Shown here in pieces: positions 42,665 to 51,080 of a stretch of 64,000 nucleotides of DNA. Made by a program: the position numbers and the translations under genes. The notes under the pieces are model-generated. The model made no database searches and was not told where the DNA came from. It saw only the letters and a program-made list of their open reading frames with translations. This DNA comes from Candidatus Limnocylindrales bacterium (lineage in GTDB: Bacteria > Moduliflexota > Moduliflexia > Moduliflexales > JAUQPW01): the NCBI GenBank assembly GCA_035559535.1, contig DATMBG010000029.1, forward strand, positions 1 to 64,000. The letters run 5' to 3'. Every line of letters begins with the position of its first letter. The first letter of the stretch is position 1.

Positions 42665-43246
42665 CTATGGGCCAAACAAATTACGTAGATCGGTGACAAC
42701 GGTATCCAGGCCCGTAGTAGCCGCTTTTATCCCATCCAATGCCTGACGTAAAGGCTGGGTGGGATCTCCAAAGTTAGGGATGGAGGACAAAGTATCTATG
42801 GCATTCATGGCCGTATCTACTAAATTCATGGCATCCTCCAAAATTCCGGTGTCCAGCAAATTTGTTGCAGGAGGCTCCGGCGGCTTAACATATTTTCGTA
42901 ATTTGATCAGATACCGGAAGCTATCCGGGCTCCCTGAAACCTCCACAACCTCCAGATCTTCGATGATCACCTCGGTGATATCGGTTGCGGTGTTGATATC
43001 GGCCACGAAGGTTGTTGGTTCACCTTTATTGAAAATCTCTCGAATTCCATTCAAAAAAGTATCCCGAGCCTCATCCCCGTGTCTGGTACCGACGATCACA
43101 ATGGCGTTGGGTACGGTTCCCATATCCTGGAAATAATTCCCCGCCAGACCCGGAACCCGATGCTCCACCAGCGCCCGGCTTTCCGAGGATTCGATGTACT
43201 CAATACCCTCCAGGGCAAAAGATCCCAGCATAGGTTTGATTTTCAT
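42665..43246 (-). CDS. Mu gpN-like 'DNA circularization N-terminal' / tube-initiator protein
   Basis: LVEHRVPGLAGNYFQDMG, terminal Y.I.L.KY. Confidence 0.65.
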   Translation of the reverse strand: MKIKPMLGSFALEGIEYIESSESRALVEHRVPGLAGNYFQDMGTVPNAIVIVGTRHGDEARDTFLNGIREIFNKGEPTTFVADINTATDITEVIIEDLEVVEVSGSPDSFRYLIKLRKYVKPPEPPATNLLDTGILEDAMNLVDTAMNAIDTLSSIPNFGDPTQPLRQALDGIKAATTGLDTVVTDLRNLFGP

Positions 43247-44235
43247 GTGATATCAATCCCGTGTTGTAAAGCCTGTTCCCGCAAGATATGGACGATTTTT
43301 TCGGACAGATCCCTAAGGGACCCCATCTCCTTACCCTCCGAAGCCTCTACATCGATATTGAAAATGTTTTGAATCTCCACTTTCTCCGACGAATTGATAG
43401 GTGTTATCTTCTGAATCCGTTGGGAAGAATCAGACCCCCCCTGACCGGAGACAAAGGCGTGAAGCCTTTGAGCAATCTGTTGTCCGGTCATTTCAGGCCA
43501 GGACCGAGATGCCAGAGTACGGCCCGACAAGGTTGAAAAAGAGGTTTGATTCCTTCTTCCTCCTTCCTCTGAAGGTTTAAGTATTTCGGGTCGAGATGCT
43601 GATTCTAAGGCGTTACGCCATAAAGTTGGAGATAAAATTCCATTCCCCCCTTGATCCTTTTCAACCCTGGTCGATTGATTTAAATCCCCTTCCGGAATCC
43701 GAACCCCCTGGTTTAGCTGCCGGTATTCCCCAAGCTTCTTAACCAACAGAGAGGTAACTGGTTGTCCCTGTCGATTACGCCTTCTAAAGACGACATCCCT
43801 TTGCTCTTTCCATGTTTGCTTGGGATTTAACCGGGATGCGGGGAAAACCGATTTCCGACTTTGGAATGGAGCTTTCCATAAATCCAACGGATCAGAGGAC
43901 TTTTTCGCTAAAACCGGGCTTAAAGAGAGCTTTTCTCTTTCCAGATCAACAGAAGAATTATCCTGAGAAGCAAATCTCCATCTATCCAGAGTAGCTGTCT
44001 CCATGACCTTTTCAGATTGTTCCGGGTATTGAAGTAACTGTCGTAAACGCCCGCTCATTAAGGTCAAAACGCCACCTTCCAGGACATCTCTGGGAACCTG
44101 GGTCTGTAAAACACAGATAGCATCCATAGCTTTTAAAAAGGTACCCAGCGGTTTAGTTTTTAGACAGAGCTCGGAACGTAACCTTGAAGGACCCGTAGCT
44201 TTTACTAAAAATCTGGTAATACCGGTTCTCATCAA
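43243..44235 (-). CDS. hypothetical at the tape-measure position; disordered with TMP-like C-terminus
   Basis: C-terminal VEIQNIFNIDV..LSEKIVHILREQA; overlapping start/stop coupling with both neighbours. Confidence 0.5.
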   Translation of the reverse strand: MMRTGITRFLVKATGPSRLRSELCLKTKPLGTFLKAMDAICVLQTQVPRDVLEGGVLTLMSGRLRQLLQYPEQSEKVMETATLDRWRFASQDNSSVDLEREKLSLSPVLAKKSSDPLDLWKAPFQSRKSVFPASRLNPKQTWKEQRDVVFRRRNRQGQPVTSLLVKKLGEYRQLNQGVRIPEGDLNQSTRVEKDQGGNGILSPTLWRNALESASRPEILKPSEEGGRRNQTSFSTLSGRTLASRSWPEMTGQQIAQRLHAFVSGQGGSDSSQRIQKITPINSSEKVEIQNIFNIDVEASEGKEMGSLRDLSEKIVHILREQALQHGIDIT

Positions 44236-44723
44236 AATGGAGAAGTCTTTTTAGCCTGATTGAGCAATTCCAGGTAACTGATAATTTGCCCAACCGTCAT
44301 TTCCTTCACCTGTTGGGGGGTCCAATTAAATTCCTTTGCCAGCACAAAGAAGGCTTGTACGATGGGAGACTCAGTTATTTCTCGCATTTCATCTTCAGTT
44401 GTACTCAGGCCACTGATATGGTTGATGCGATCAACGAGAAAGCGGACCAGTCCACTATGCAGGTCTGCAATTTCATTTTGTTTAAGTTTAGGCTCTACGA
44501 CGGCCCTCTGAATCATAAGCACGGAGGTCAAGACTTCATCCTCTTTGGCGGCTTTGGCGATGAGTTGAACATCCTTTACGGTAAGGGGTCGAAGCCTGAT
44601 CTTTTTTCTGGGTTCACCCTCGGGGGGCCTACCGTCTGGCGTAGGATACAGGATTTCGGGTGGAATCTCGATTTCAAAGGTCATTTCTTTGCCGGCTAAA
44701 AGTTCTTCGGGGGTAATAAACAT
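44232..44723 (-). CDS. tail assembly chaperone (XkdN/gpG-like with GT-like C-terminus)
   Basis: IRLRPLTVKD, AVVEPKL, RINHISGL, LAKEFNWTPQQVKEMT; follows tube gene. Confidence 0.7.
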   Translation of the reverse strand: MFITPEELLAGKEMTFEIEIPPEILYPTPDGRPPEGEPRKKIRLRPLTVKDVQLIAKAAKEDEVLTSVLMIQRAVVEPKLKQNEIADLHSGLVRFLVDRINHISGLSTTEDEMREITESPIVQAFFVLAKEFNWTPQQVKEMTVGQIISYLELLNQAKKTSPF

Positions 44724-44770
44724 AGTTTTTCTCTCCTAGGAAACCTCATGGATTTTGTTTAGATCACCTC

Positions 44771-45274
44771 TTATGTGGGAACTTCAGTATCCTGGATACT
44801 GATGCGTTTGGCTTTGAAAGATAGTTTTTCAAGGACAAAGTCATCTTCCGGTAAGCTAAATTGCCAGGTATCGAACATGACGCCGTAAACCGTTAGAATA
44901 CTATTTCCTGCATCTCCTGGGGGCATTAAATTGTCGAGGATAATTTTCATATTGAAACTGGGGATCCTAAAACCGGTAGTTTCTTCATTTTCAGCATATG
45001 GGCCCAACATTAATTTTAGAAGCGCGCCGTTAATAAAAGCCCGCTCGACCGTTCCCTCGATGATAATATTGCCTGCCCTTAACTCCTTGGGAGCCCGAGA
45101 ACCCAGTTCGTGAAAAAATTTAACTTCCGTTGAAATTTGGATGGATACGTTGGTCACCCGACCTACAAGCCCGTCTTCACCCAGGTAACCGGTAAAGACA
45201 CCCGTATCCAGGCCATCTGGATCACTCAACGTCAAAACCCCATCGGTACCATAAAAAGCATGGGTATTAAACAT
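44771..45274 (-). CDS. tail tube protein
   Basis: 167 aa directly after sheath; ELG...KEL..G.I.IEGTVER, EDDFVLEKLSFKA. Confidence 0.75.
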   Translation of the reverse strand: MFNTHAFYGTDGVLTLSDPDGLDTGVFTGYLGEDGLVGRVTNVSIQISTEVKFFHELGSRAPKELRAGNIIIEGTVERAFINGALLKLMLGPYAENEETTGFRIPSFNMKIILDNLMPPGDAGNSILTVYGVMFDTWQFSLPEDDFVLEKLSFKAKRISIQDTEVPT

Positions 45275-45284
45275 GGTAACCTCC

Positions 45285-46973
45285 TCAGCTTAAGTTCATG
45301 ATAACGCGGATCACGTCAATACTGAAGGTAGGATTGAGATCCATAACCACCAGCACTTCTCCTCGAATCTCCATGGCGCGATCTGCCGAGACGGTAAGTT
45401 TGTATCCGGTCAGAAATTCCCGGAGGATCAAATCCGATAGAAAGCTATCAAGGGTGGTGCGCAGGTTTTCCCTCACCCGCCTGTTGTTTAACTTGCCAAT
45501 ATATTGGTTTGCACCCAGGCGGGTACCTTCTTTAACGTAGTCCACGATCCGACGCAGGGTAATTTGTTTAAATGCTTCGTCATCGGTGGTAATCCCTTTA
45601 ACGACCCGGATACCCCGCTTTTTCTGTAGGGTAAGCACACGGTTTTGTACCAGCGCCTTCAGCTCACCGTAATTGTACTCCATGGCCAGATCCTCAATAC
45701 CGGCCAGGGTCTTATTGGTCAGGCTGATGTGGGGAGATAAAGAACTCAGCTTACCGGCTACAGCCGCTGCGGCAAAATAGGGGGGCAAATCTACTACCTG
45801 GCCGGTTTGAGGATCTTTTTCTCTAAGACCCGGTGCTACCAAAACAATCCGCTTATCGGCAATTTCGTTGGCATTCTCCAGGATCTTTTCCATTTCACTG
45901 CTATCGGTTCCAACCACGGCCATACGTTCACGACCCAGATTTTCCGTCTTTTCCACATGACCCAAAATGGCTGCTTTGATATCTGAGAATTTGAGTCCTG
46001 CGACCACCACGATTTGTACATTTTGCTCGACCAGGTTATCCAGAGCAGCCTGGAAATGACTTAAGGATACCGTTCCGTTCTCCCCCCCTGAAAAGGCCTC
46101 AAATCTTGGGGTTGTCTTGGGCAGGCCATCTCCTTTTGTTTCGACGACCTCTACCAATCTGGAAGGATTCTCTTCATCCTTAAGCCGTTGAGCCAGGTAA
46201 GAAATGCTGGGAACGATATAAACTTCCTGAGTATTGCCATATCGTAAGGTAACTTTTCGCAGGCTTTCTTTAGGTACCCAGTAGCTGGCCAGTACCTCTG
46301 CCGTTGAGGAGGGCGGGATCGCAAACGTCAGCGTACGATTGGTTGGATTCACCTGAACTACACTGGTAGAAGCCTGGGTTTGCTTAAGCTGATATTTTTT
46401 CGCTAATCCCTGCTCCAGGACTACTACACTGCCTATACTCGATTCTGCACCGTTACCACCTTCCGCGGCCTGCGGTTGAAGAATTTTCTGGGCTGAAAGC
46501 ACAAAAGATCCGTTACTGCGGGCAACCACTTCCTTACTGACGAGTTCCTGGACTTCAGCCTCCTCAATCCGAATCTGTAGTCGATTCCCCCAGGTACCCG
46601 GGGTCCTGGCTTTTAAGGTCAGAACCGGAGCATTACTTTCATTGGATATCTGATAGGTTGCTCCCCTGGCTGTTTTTTCGTCCAACACCCGTTGCGCATA
46701 AACGGTACGGGCTCCATTATCAAAGAGAAATTTGAGGGCTCGAACTAGGGTGAGATTACTTTCCCCTCCTTTCAGGTCCCATTCCTCTATTTCCCCAAAC
46801 CTGGCCCGCCCTTCCTCAAAACTACTCAGGTTTTCGATCTTACTACTTCCCATCTCAGCCGTTCCGATAATACCCACGTTTCCCGTAGCAATAGCTCCAA
46901 TGGTCAGAAGCCCTTCAGCCCGGACCTCGATGTAAGTACCGGGAAGGATAGTTTCCGTAATAACTTCGGCCAT
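45285..46973 (-). CDS. contractile tail sheath protein
   Basis: ILPGTYIE, GIIGTA, GARTVYA.RV, ARTPGTWGN.L, FSGG.NG, RRIVDYV, IGKLNN, P..SIDVI. Confidence 0.92.
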   Translation of the reverse strand: MAEVITETILPGTYIEVRAEGLLTIGAIATGNVGIIGTAEMGSSKIENLSSFEEGRARFGEIEEWDLKGGESNLTLVRALKFLFDNGARTVYAQRVLDEKTARGATYQISNESNAPVLTLKARTPGTWGNRLQIRIEEAEVQELVSKEVVARSNGSFVLSAQKILQPQAAEGGNGAESSIGSVVVLEQGLAKKYQLKQTQASTSVVQVNPTNRTLTFAIPPSSTAEVLASYWVPKESLRKVTLRYGNTQEVYIVPSISYLAQRLKDEENPSRLVEVVETKGDGLPKTTPRFEAFSGGENGTVSLSHFQAALDNLVEQNVQIVVVAGLKFSDIKAAILGHVEKTENLGRERMAVVGTDSSEMEKILENANEIADKRIVLVAPGLREKDPQTGQVVDLPPYFAAAAVAGKLSSLSPHISLTNKTLAGIEDLAMEYNYGELKALVQNRVLTLQKKRGIRVVKGITTDDEAFKQITLRRIVDYVKEGTRLGANQYIGKLNNRRVRENLRTTLDSFLSDLILREFLTGYKLTVSADRAMEIRGEVLVVMDLNPTFSIDVIRVIMNLS

Positions 46974-46985
46974 AAGGATACCTCT

Positions 46986-47570
46986 CTAGGTTTTGTTGGT
47001 TGACGGTGGAACAGAGTAGGTCAAACGTCCTCGTTTGATAACTAATGACTCCGGGGGATGTTGCCCCATATCCACATCAATTCTCTTAATAAGACCGCTG
47101 CTCACTTCCCGACCTTCCTCAGACTCAAATACAAATCTGTAGCCTAAGGGTTGTTTCCAAACAGGGAAGGGTGAGCCAACCGATGGATGATGTAACACGT
47201 TTTCCACAGGCTCCAGACGTGCAGGCTGGAGCTTCACGAATCCTTTTTGTTTTAACAAGGCAGGATTGAATTTCAATTTATTTTGAAGTTTTTCGGAAAT
47301 TTCCTGGACCGAATCCCCGTTGTTGGCCCATATCTCCAGCATCAAGAAGCCCCTGTAGGTCTCTTCCAACACTTCGCCTTTCTCCCCATCTCCGGTACGA
47401 ATCAAACGCCCGATTCCTGTGCCCTTATAATCTTCAATGGTTAGGGACATGACAACGGCTGGAATCTCGCTGCCGGTGGAAGGTTTCTTCACTCCCAAGC
47501 TTCCGGCAGATAACACAGGCTCCGGAGAAGCAGATAAAACTTCCACAAGTCTATCAATTATCCGGTACAT
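46986..47570 (-). CDS. putative tail terminator/cap protein
   Basis: Position directly upstream of sheath; P....IPAVV.SL and LEIWA pattern; assignment by synteny. Confidence 0.45.
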   Translation of the reverse strand: MYRIIDRLVEVLSASPEPVLSAGSLGVKKPSTGSEIPAVVMSLTIEDYKGTGIGRLIRTGDGEKGEVLEETYRGFLMLEIWANNGDSVQEISEKLQNKLKFNPALLKQKGFVKLQPARLEPVENVLHHPSVGSPFPVWKQPLGYRFVFESEEGREVSSGLIKRIDVDMGQHPPESLVIKRGRLTYSVPPSTNKT

Positions 47571-47596
47571 CCTCCCGTTAACTCAAATAGACAGGT

Positions 47597-47923
47597 TTAG
47601 GGTTCTAATTCCTTTTTCCCCTGGGTTTTGTCGGTCAGTTCACGTAAAAATACCTTTATTTCTTTCAACCGATTTTTATTCAGTCCGTAGATTTTTGGAG
47701 AAGGGAGGATTTCTCGTTTTATCAACCATCCCTTTGAGACCAAAAAATCAAGGACTTCTTGAACGGCTTTTCCATCTATTTTAGCCTGACTTTTTGGAGT
47801 CCACCACTTGAGAATCCCTTCCAGGGTATCTTTTGCGTCAGGGTGTTCGGTTAAGTAATGGAGAATTTCTTCAATCAATTTCTGACGAGCCCTGAAAGAT
47901 TCTTTTTCCTTTGGAGAATTCAT
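47597..47923 (-). CDS. small winged-helix protein, first gene of CIS operon
   Basis: EILHYL..HPDAKDTLEGI.KWW, VQEVLDFLV.KGWL, IYGLN. Confidence 0.65.
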   Translation of the reverse strand: MNSPKEKESFRARQKLIEEILHYLTEHPDAKDTLEGILKWWTPKSQAKIDGKAVQEVLDFLVSKGWLIKREILPSPKIYGLNKNRLKEIKVFLRELTDKTQGKKELEP

Positions 47924-47935
47924 ATGTGACAGAGA

Positions 47936-47951
47936 AGCAAATAGAATACCA
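47936..47951 (-). promoter_or_regulatory. sigma-54 promoter of CIS operon
   Basis: Minus strand TGGTATTCTATTTGCT, exact GG-N10-GC. Confidence 0.75.
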
Positions 47952-48084
47952 GGTAAATTTGATTTTTAACCCCTTCATTTATAAGAACTTCTGGCTCCCT
48001 CTGAAGGGGATATGGCTTATGAACCCCACCGGTTTTTCGGTTGTTTTTCCAGGAAATCCCCTGGGGTAGAAGAAAAGAGAAATG

Positions 48085-48100
48085 GAGGTAAATTTACCTC
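48085..48100. promoter_or_regulatory. perfect 16-bp palindrome, candidate enhancer/operator
   Basis: GAGGTAAATTTACCTC; partial copy AGGTAAATTT at 47951-47960. Confidence 0.5.
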
Positions 48101-48189
48101 AGAAAGTGAGGGATACTTACCGCAGTTTCTGAATCCAGAAAGGGGGGGTTGAATCAAAGGGATGGGGCTACAGGAAAAGATGGATCCGG

Positions 48190-49584
48190 TTAAGTTCGAA
48201 AGGTATCTCGATGCAGGTTATATTTGTGAAGAAGACGTTGGAAAGTCCGACGTTCTTTTTTAGCCTGTTTGGCTGCCCGGGAGATATTTCCCTTATGGAC
48301 CATCAAAAGGTGAGTCAGATAAGTCTGCTCGAATTGTCGGATGACCCGAGCTTTGGCTTCCTGGAAGGATTCCCCGGTTGGAGCTTCATTACAATAGGAA
48401 AAGGGGAGTTCGATGTCATGGGGTTGGAGAATCAGGGCAGACGTCAGAATGACTGCTCGTTGAATCGTACCTTCCAGTTCTCGGATGTTTCCGGGCCAGG
48501 GATAGGTCAGAAGTTTTTGTAAAGCAGCGGGAGAAAAGCAAAGAGACCCTCGACCATATCGTTTTCCATATTGGGCGAGAAAGTGATGGGCCAGCAGGGG
48601 AATGTCTTCCATTCGTTCCCGAAGGGGGGGAAGGTGAAGGAAAAGAACATTCAAACGATAGTAAAGATCTTCTCGAAACTGCCTGGTCTGAATCTGCTGC
48701 CTCAGATCGGCATTGGTGGCGGCGATGATCCGAACGTCGGCGGTTAAGCTTTTGGAAGTGCCCAGGGGGCGGTACTCTCGATCTTGCAAGAAACGTAACA
48801 GTTTAACCTGTGCGGAAACACTCAAACTATCCACCTCATCCAGGAAAAGGGTTCCACCCTCTGCCTCGGCCAGAAGACCCTTCTCTGTCGAAGAGGCATC
48901 GGTAAAAGCTCCCTTTACGTGCCCGAAGAGTTCATTTTCAATCAAATGCTCCGGCAGGGCCCCGCAGTTAACCGGGATAAACGGTTTTCCTCGCCTCGGA
49001 CTTTGATAATGGATCGCCCGGGCTACCAGTTCTTTACCGGTTCCAGTCTCGCCTGAAATCAAAACCATGGCATCGGAGGAAGCAATTCCAGGAATCTTTT
49101 CAATCACTTGCAGAAAAGATTTACTTTCACCGATCAAGGTCTCCCGATAAGGTGGTAGATTGATCTCTCCAGCCTGAGAGGTAAAGGAGGTTTTTCTTTT
49201 ACTTTGAAAAACGCGTTGAACCCGTAAATAAAGGTCTGTTTCATTGAACGGACAGGAAAGAAAATCGTCTAGATTCTCCAGCAGGAGCTGAAACGCAGAG
49301 GGGGAAGTGGTTTCTCCGGGACAAAAAAGACCGAAAATAGGAACCGAATTCCAGCTTCTTCTGAGAAACTGGATCATTTCAGCAGAATTCTCCACTAAAG
49401 AAGGCCGAAAGAGGATCATATCCAGGGAAAAGGATACCTTCTTAGGTGGAAAACGGGTTGTGGTGTAAATTTGAGGTTTCATAGCAGATAGGGAATTACT
49501 TATTTGCTCAACCAGTCGCTTACAAGGATTTATAGAACATCTGTCTGGATCCAGGTCGATGAGTAAAATATGTGAGAAATCCAT
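48190..49584 (-). CDS. sigma-54 enhancer-binding protein with degenerate receiver domain
   Basis: GETGTGKE, ELFGH.KGAFTDA, FLDE, REDLYYRL, WPGNIREL, Fis-type HTH. Confidence 0.93.
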   Translation of the reverse strand: MDFSHILLIDLDPDRCSINPCKRLVEQISNSLSAMKPQIYTTTRFPPKKVSFSLDMILFRPSLVENSAEMIQFLRRSWNSVPIFGLFCPGETTSPSAFQLLLENLDDFLSCPFNETDLYLRVQRVFQSKRKTSFTSQAGEINLPPYRETLIGESKSFLQVIEKIPGIASSDAMVLISGETGTGKELVARAIHYQSPRRGKPFIPVNCGALPEHLIENELFGHVKGAFTDASSTEKGLLAEAEGGTLFLDEVDSLSVSAQVKLLRFLQDREYRPLGTSKSLTADVRIIAATNADLRQQIQTRQFREDLYYRLNVLFLHLPPLRERMEDIPLLAHHFLAQYGKRYGRGSLCFSPAALQKLLTYPWPGNIRELEGTIQRAVILTSALILQPHDIELPFSYCNEAPTGESFQEAKARVIRQFEQTYLTHLLMVHKGNISRAAKQAKKERRTFQRLLHKYNLHRDTFRT

Positions 49585-49852
49585 TTTGCCCTCCTTTTAC
49601 CTATCCAGGGTATGGATTCTGTCTCGTAATAAAGTAGGACCCTTAAAAATCACCCGGGTGTAATCTTTCCAGACACTCCCCTCGACCTTATTGAGGTCCT
49701 ACCCCCGGATCTTTGGGTTCCGGGGGATCTGATTCTAGGAACCCTTTCAGAGCTTCTGGGGTTATGGAGTCTAGACTGTTCAATTTTATCCTGTTTCCAT
49801 ACTTTGACCTCCCTTTACCCGGGATGAAGTTTTTGCCTTTTGAGATAACTCA

Positions 49853-49868
49853 AGCAAGCCTTATACCA
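49853..49868 (-). promoter_or_regulatory. sigma-54 promoter upstream of the enhancer-binding protein gene
   Basis: Minus strand TGGTATAAGGCTTGCT, GG-N10-GC. Confidence 0.65.
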
Positions 49869-49889
49869 CTTTTAACAGGGAGAACCTGA

Positions 49890-50055
49890 TCCCTTATCCC
49901 TTCCGACGCGGGAAGGGGGAACTTGGGAATGACCTGGGTTCCCACTCCCCCTCCTTTCCCTCGCAGGGAAGGAGAAGTGACGAGGCGTCTGCGCACACAG
50001 AGGGTCAAGCTTTTCTGTCTTATTCCGGCGCATATGGAGAAGGGAGAAGGGGACA
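49890..50055. repeat. palindromic REP-like cluster
   Basis: cccttcc..gggaagggggaacttggga shared with approximately 13762-13798. Confidence 0.6.
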
Positions 50056-50202
50056 AGGAATTACAGGAGGGCACTTCCTTTTCCGATAGTCTCTATTATA
50101 GAGACAAAAAAATTCAATTTTTGTCCGGGTAACTTATCCTGGGCTTATGACATGTTTCTGCTTTGAAGACAGAATGTTTCTTTAAAAGAGACAAGGATGG
50201 CC

Positions 50203-50415
50203 TTACGATGGTAAGGGCGACCGGCCGGTCACCTCTCTCATCTGTGATTCGTCTTCCCACAGTTTCAGTATCGTATAGCCGTCGGATAAAAGCACGGTAA
50301 ATTTGTCTCTATACAAGGGTTCAAATCCCAGGTCGGTTGTATAAAACTTGATCCAGGTCTCCAGATCAGTTACCTGGAGTTTAATATAATGTTCTTCATG
50401 ATTGCTTAGATTCAT
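50203..50415 (-). CDS. small VOC/glyoxalase-like protein
   Basis: HYIKLQVTDLETWIKFYTTDLGF; GAGGG SD. Confidence 0.65.
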   Translation of the reverse strand: MNLSNHEEHYIKLQVTDLETWIKFYTTDLGFEPLYRDKFTVLLSDGYTILKLWEDESQMREVTGRSPLPS

Positions 50416-50476
50416 AGTTTTGCCCTCTAAAATCTAAACAGGAAGATAAATTACAACTATTTTCATATATCTCTAT

Positions 50477-50492
50477 CGCAATGATCATACCA
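50477..50492 (-). promoter_or_regulatory. sigma-54 promoter of the VOC gene
   Basis: Minus strand TGGTATGATCATTGCG, GG-N10-GC. Confidence 0.65.
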
Positions 50493-50931
50493 ACTGGATT
50501 AAAAGGTTTCTTTTCCTATGAAAACCCCATAGAAGGGAGATTTTTACCATTCTTGACCAATAACCGAAGTAAAAGGTTATTTTTTTTATGAAATTTATTT
50601 CATAAAGTCTGAATTATTTATCAGTTTTGTATTACTTTTATTCTTCATAAGATCAGTTGATAAGTTTATACTTATCTCAATCTTGTTAAATTACCGAACA
50701 AGTTTCAGTGGGGTGACCCGTTTGGAGTAAATAGGATCTTTTAAGGTTAGAATCTCCTTTAACGGTATCGAGTTATCCTTCCAAGCGTTTGGTAATTTCC
50801 TTTCTAGGAGTCTATAAAGATGATAAAAGTATAAACAAAAGGGTCTTTAACAGCTAAAACTGTCTAATAGTATCGGCAAGGCCATCCAGAGTTGGAAACA
50901 GAGATGAAAAATTTTATAGCTACGTTTCTTA

Positions 50932-50959
50932 TTGACACCGGCAGGAGTCAAGATACAAT
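50932..50959 (+). promoter_or_regulatory. sigma-70-type promoter of the LLM operon
   Basis: TTGACA-N16-TACAAT. Confidence 0.5.
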
Positions 50960-51080
50960 AAAGGTATTTTTACAGTTAATCTCCCGGAGAGGTCGAGAGG
51001 GGAGGAAAGGGATAGAATTTCCTGGGAGTTTTTAAATGTTCGGACAGCTTTAAAATAAAACCGATTAAAGGAGGACGGAG

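Noticed and set aside
22540-47923. Intact prophage
   Set aside because: No capsid, portal, terminase, integrase, replication or lysis genes; host-type sigma-54 regulation
22540-47923. Classical T6SS
   Set aside because: Single-chain phage-type sheath rather than TssB/C; no TssJLM, TssK or ClpV recognised
49850-50132. ORFs 49850-50074 and 49923-50132 (also 53315-53578)
   Set aside because: Repeat-derived P/G/R-rich peptides with no family motifs
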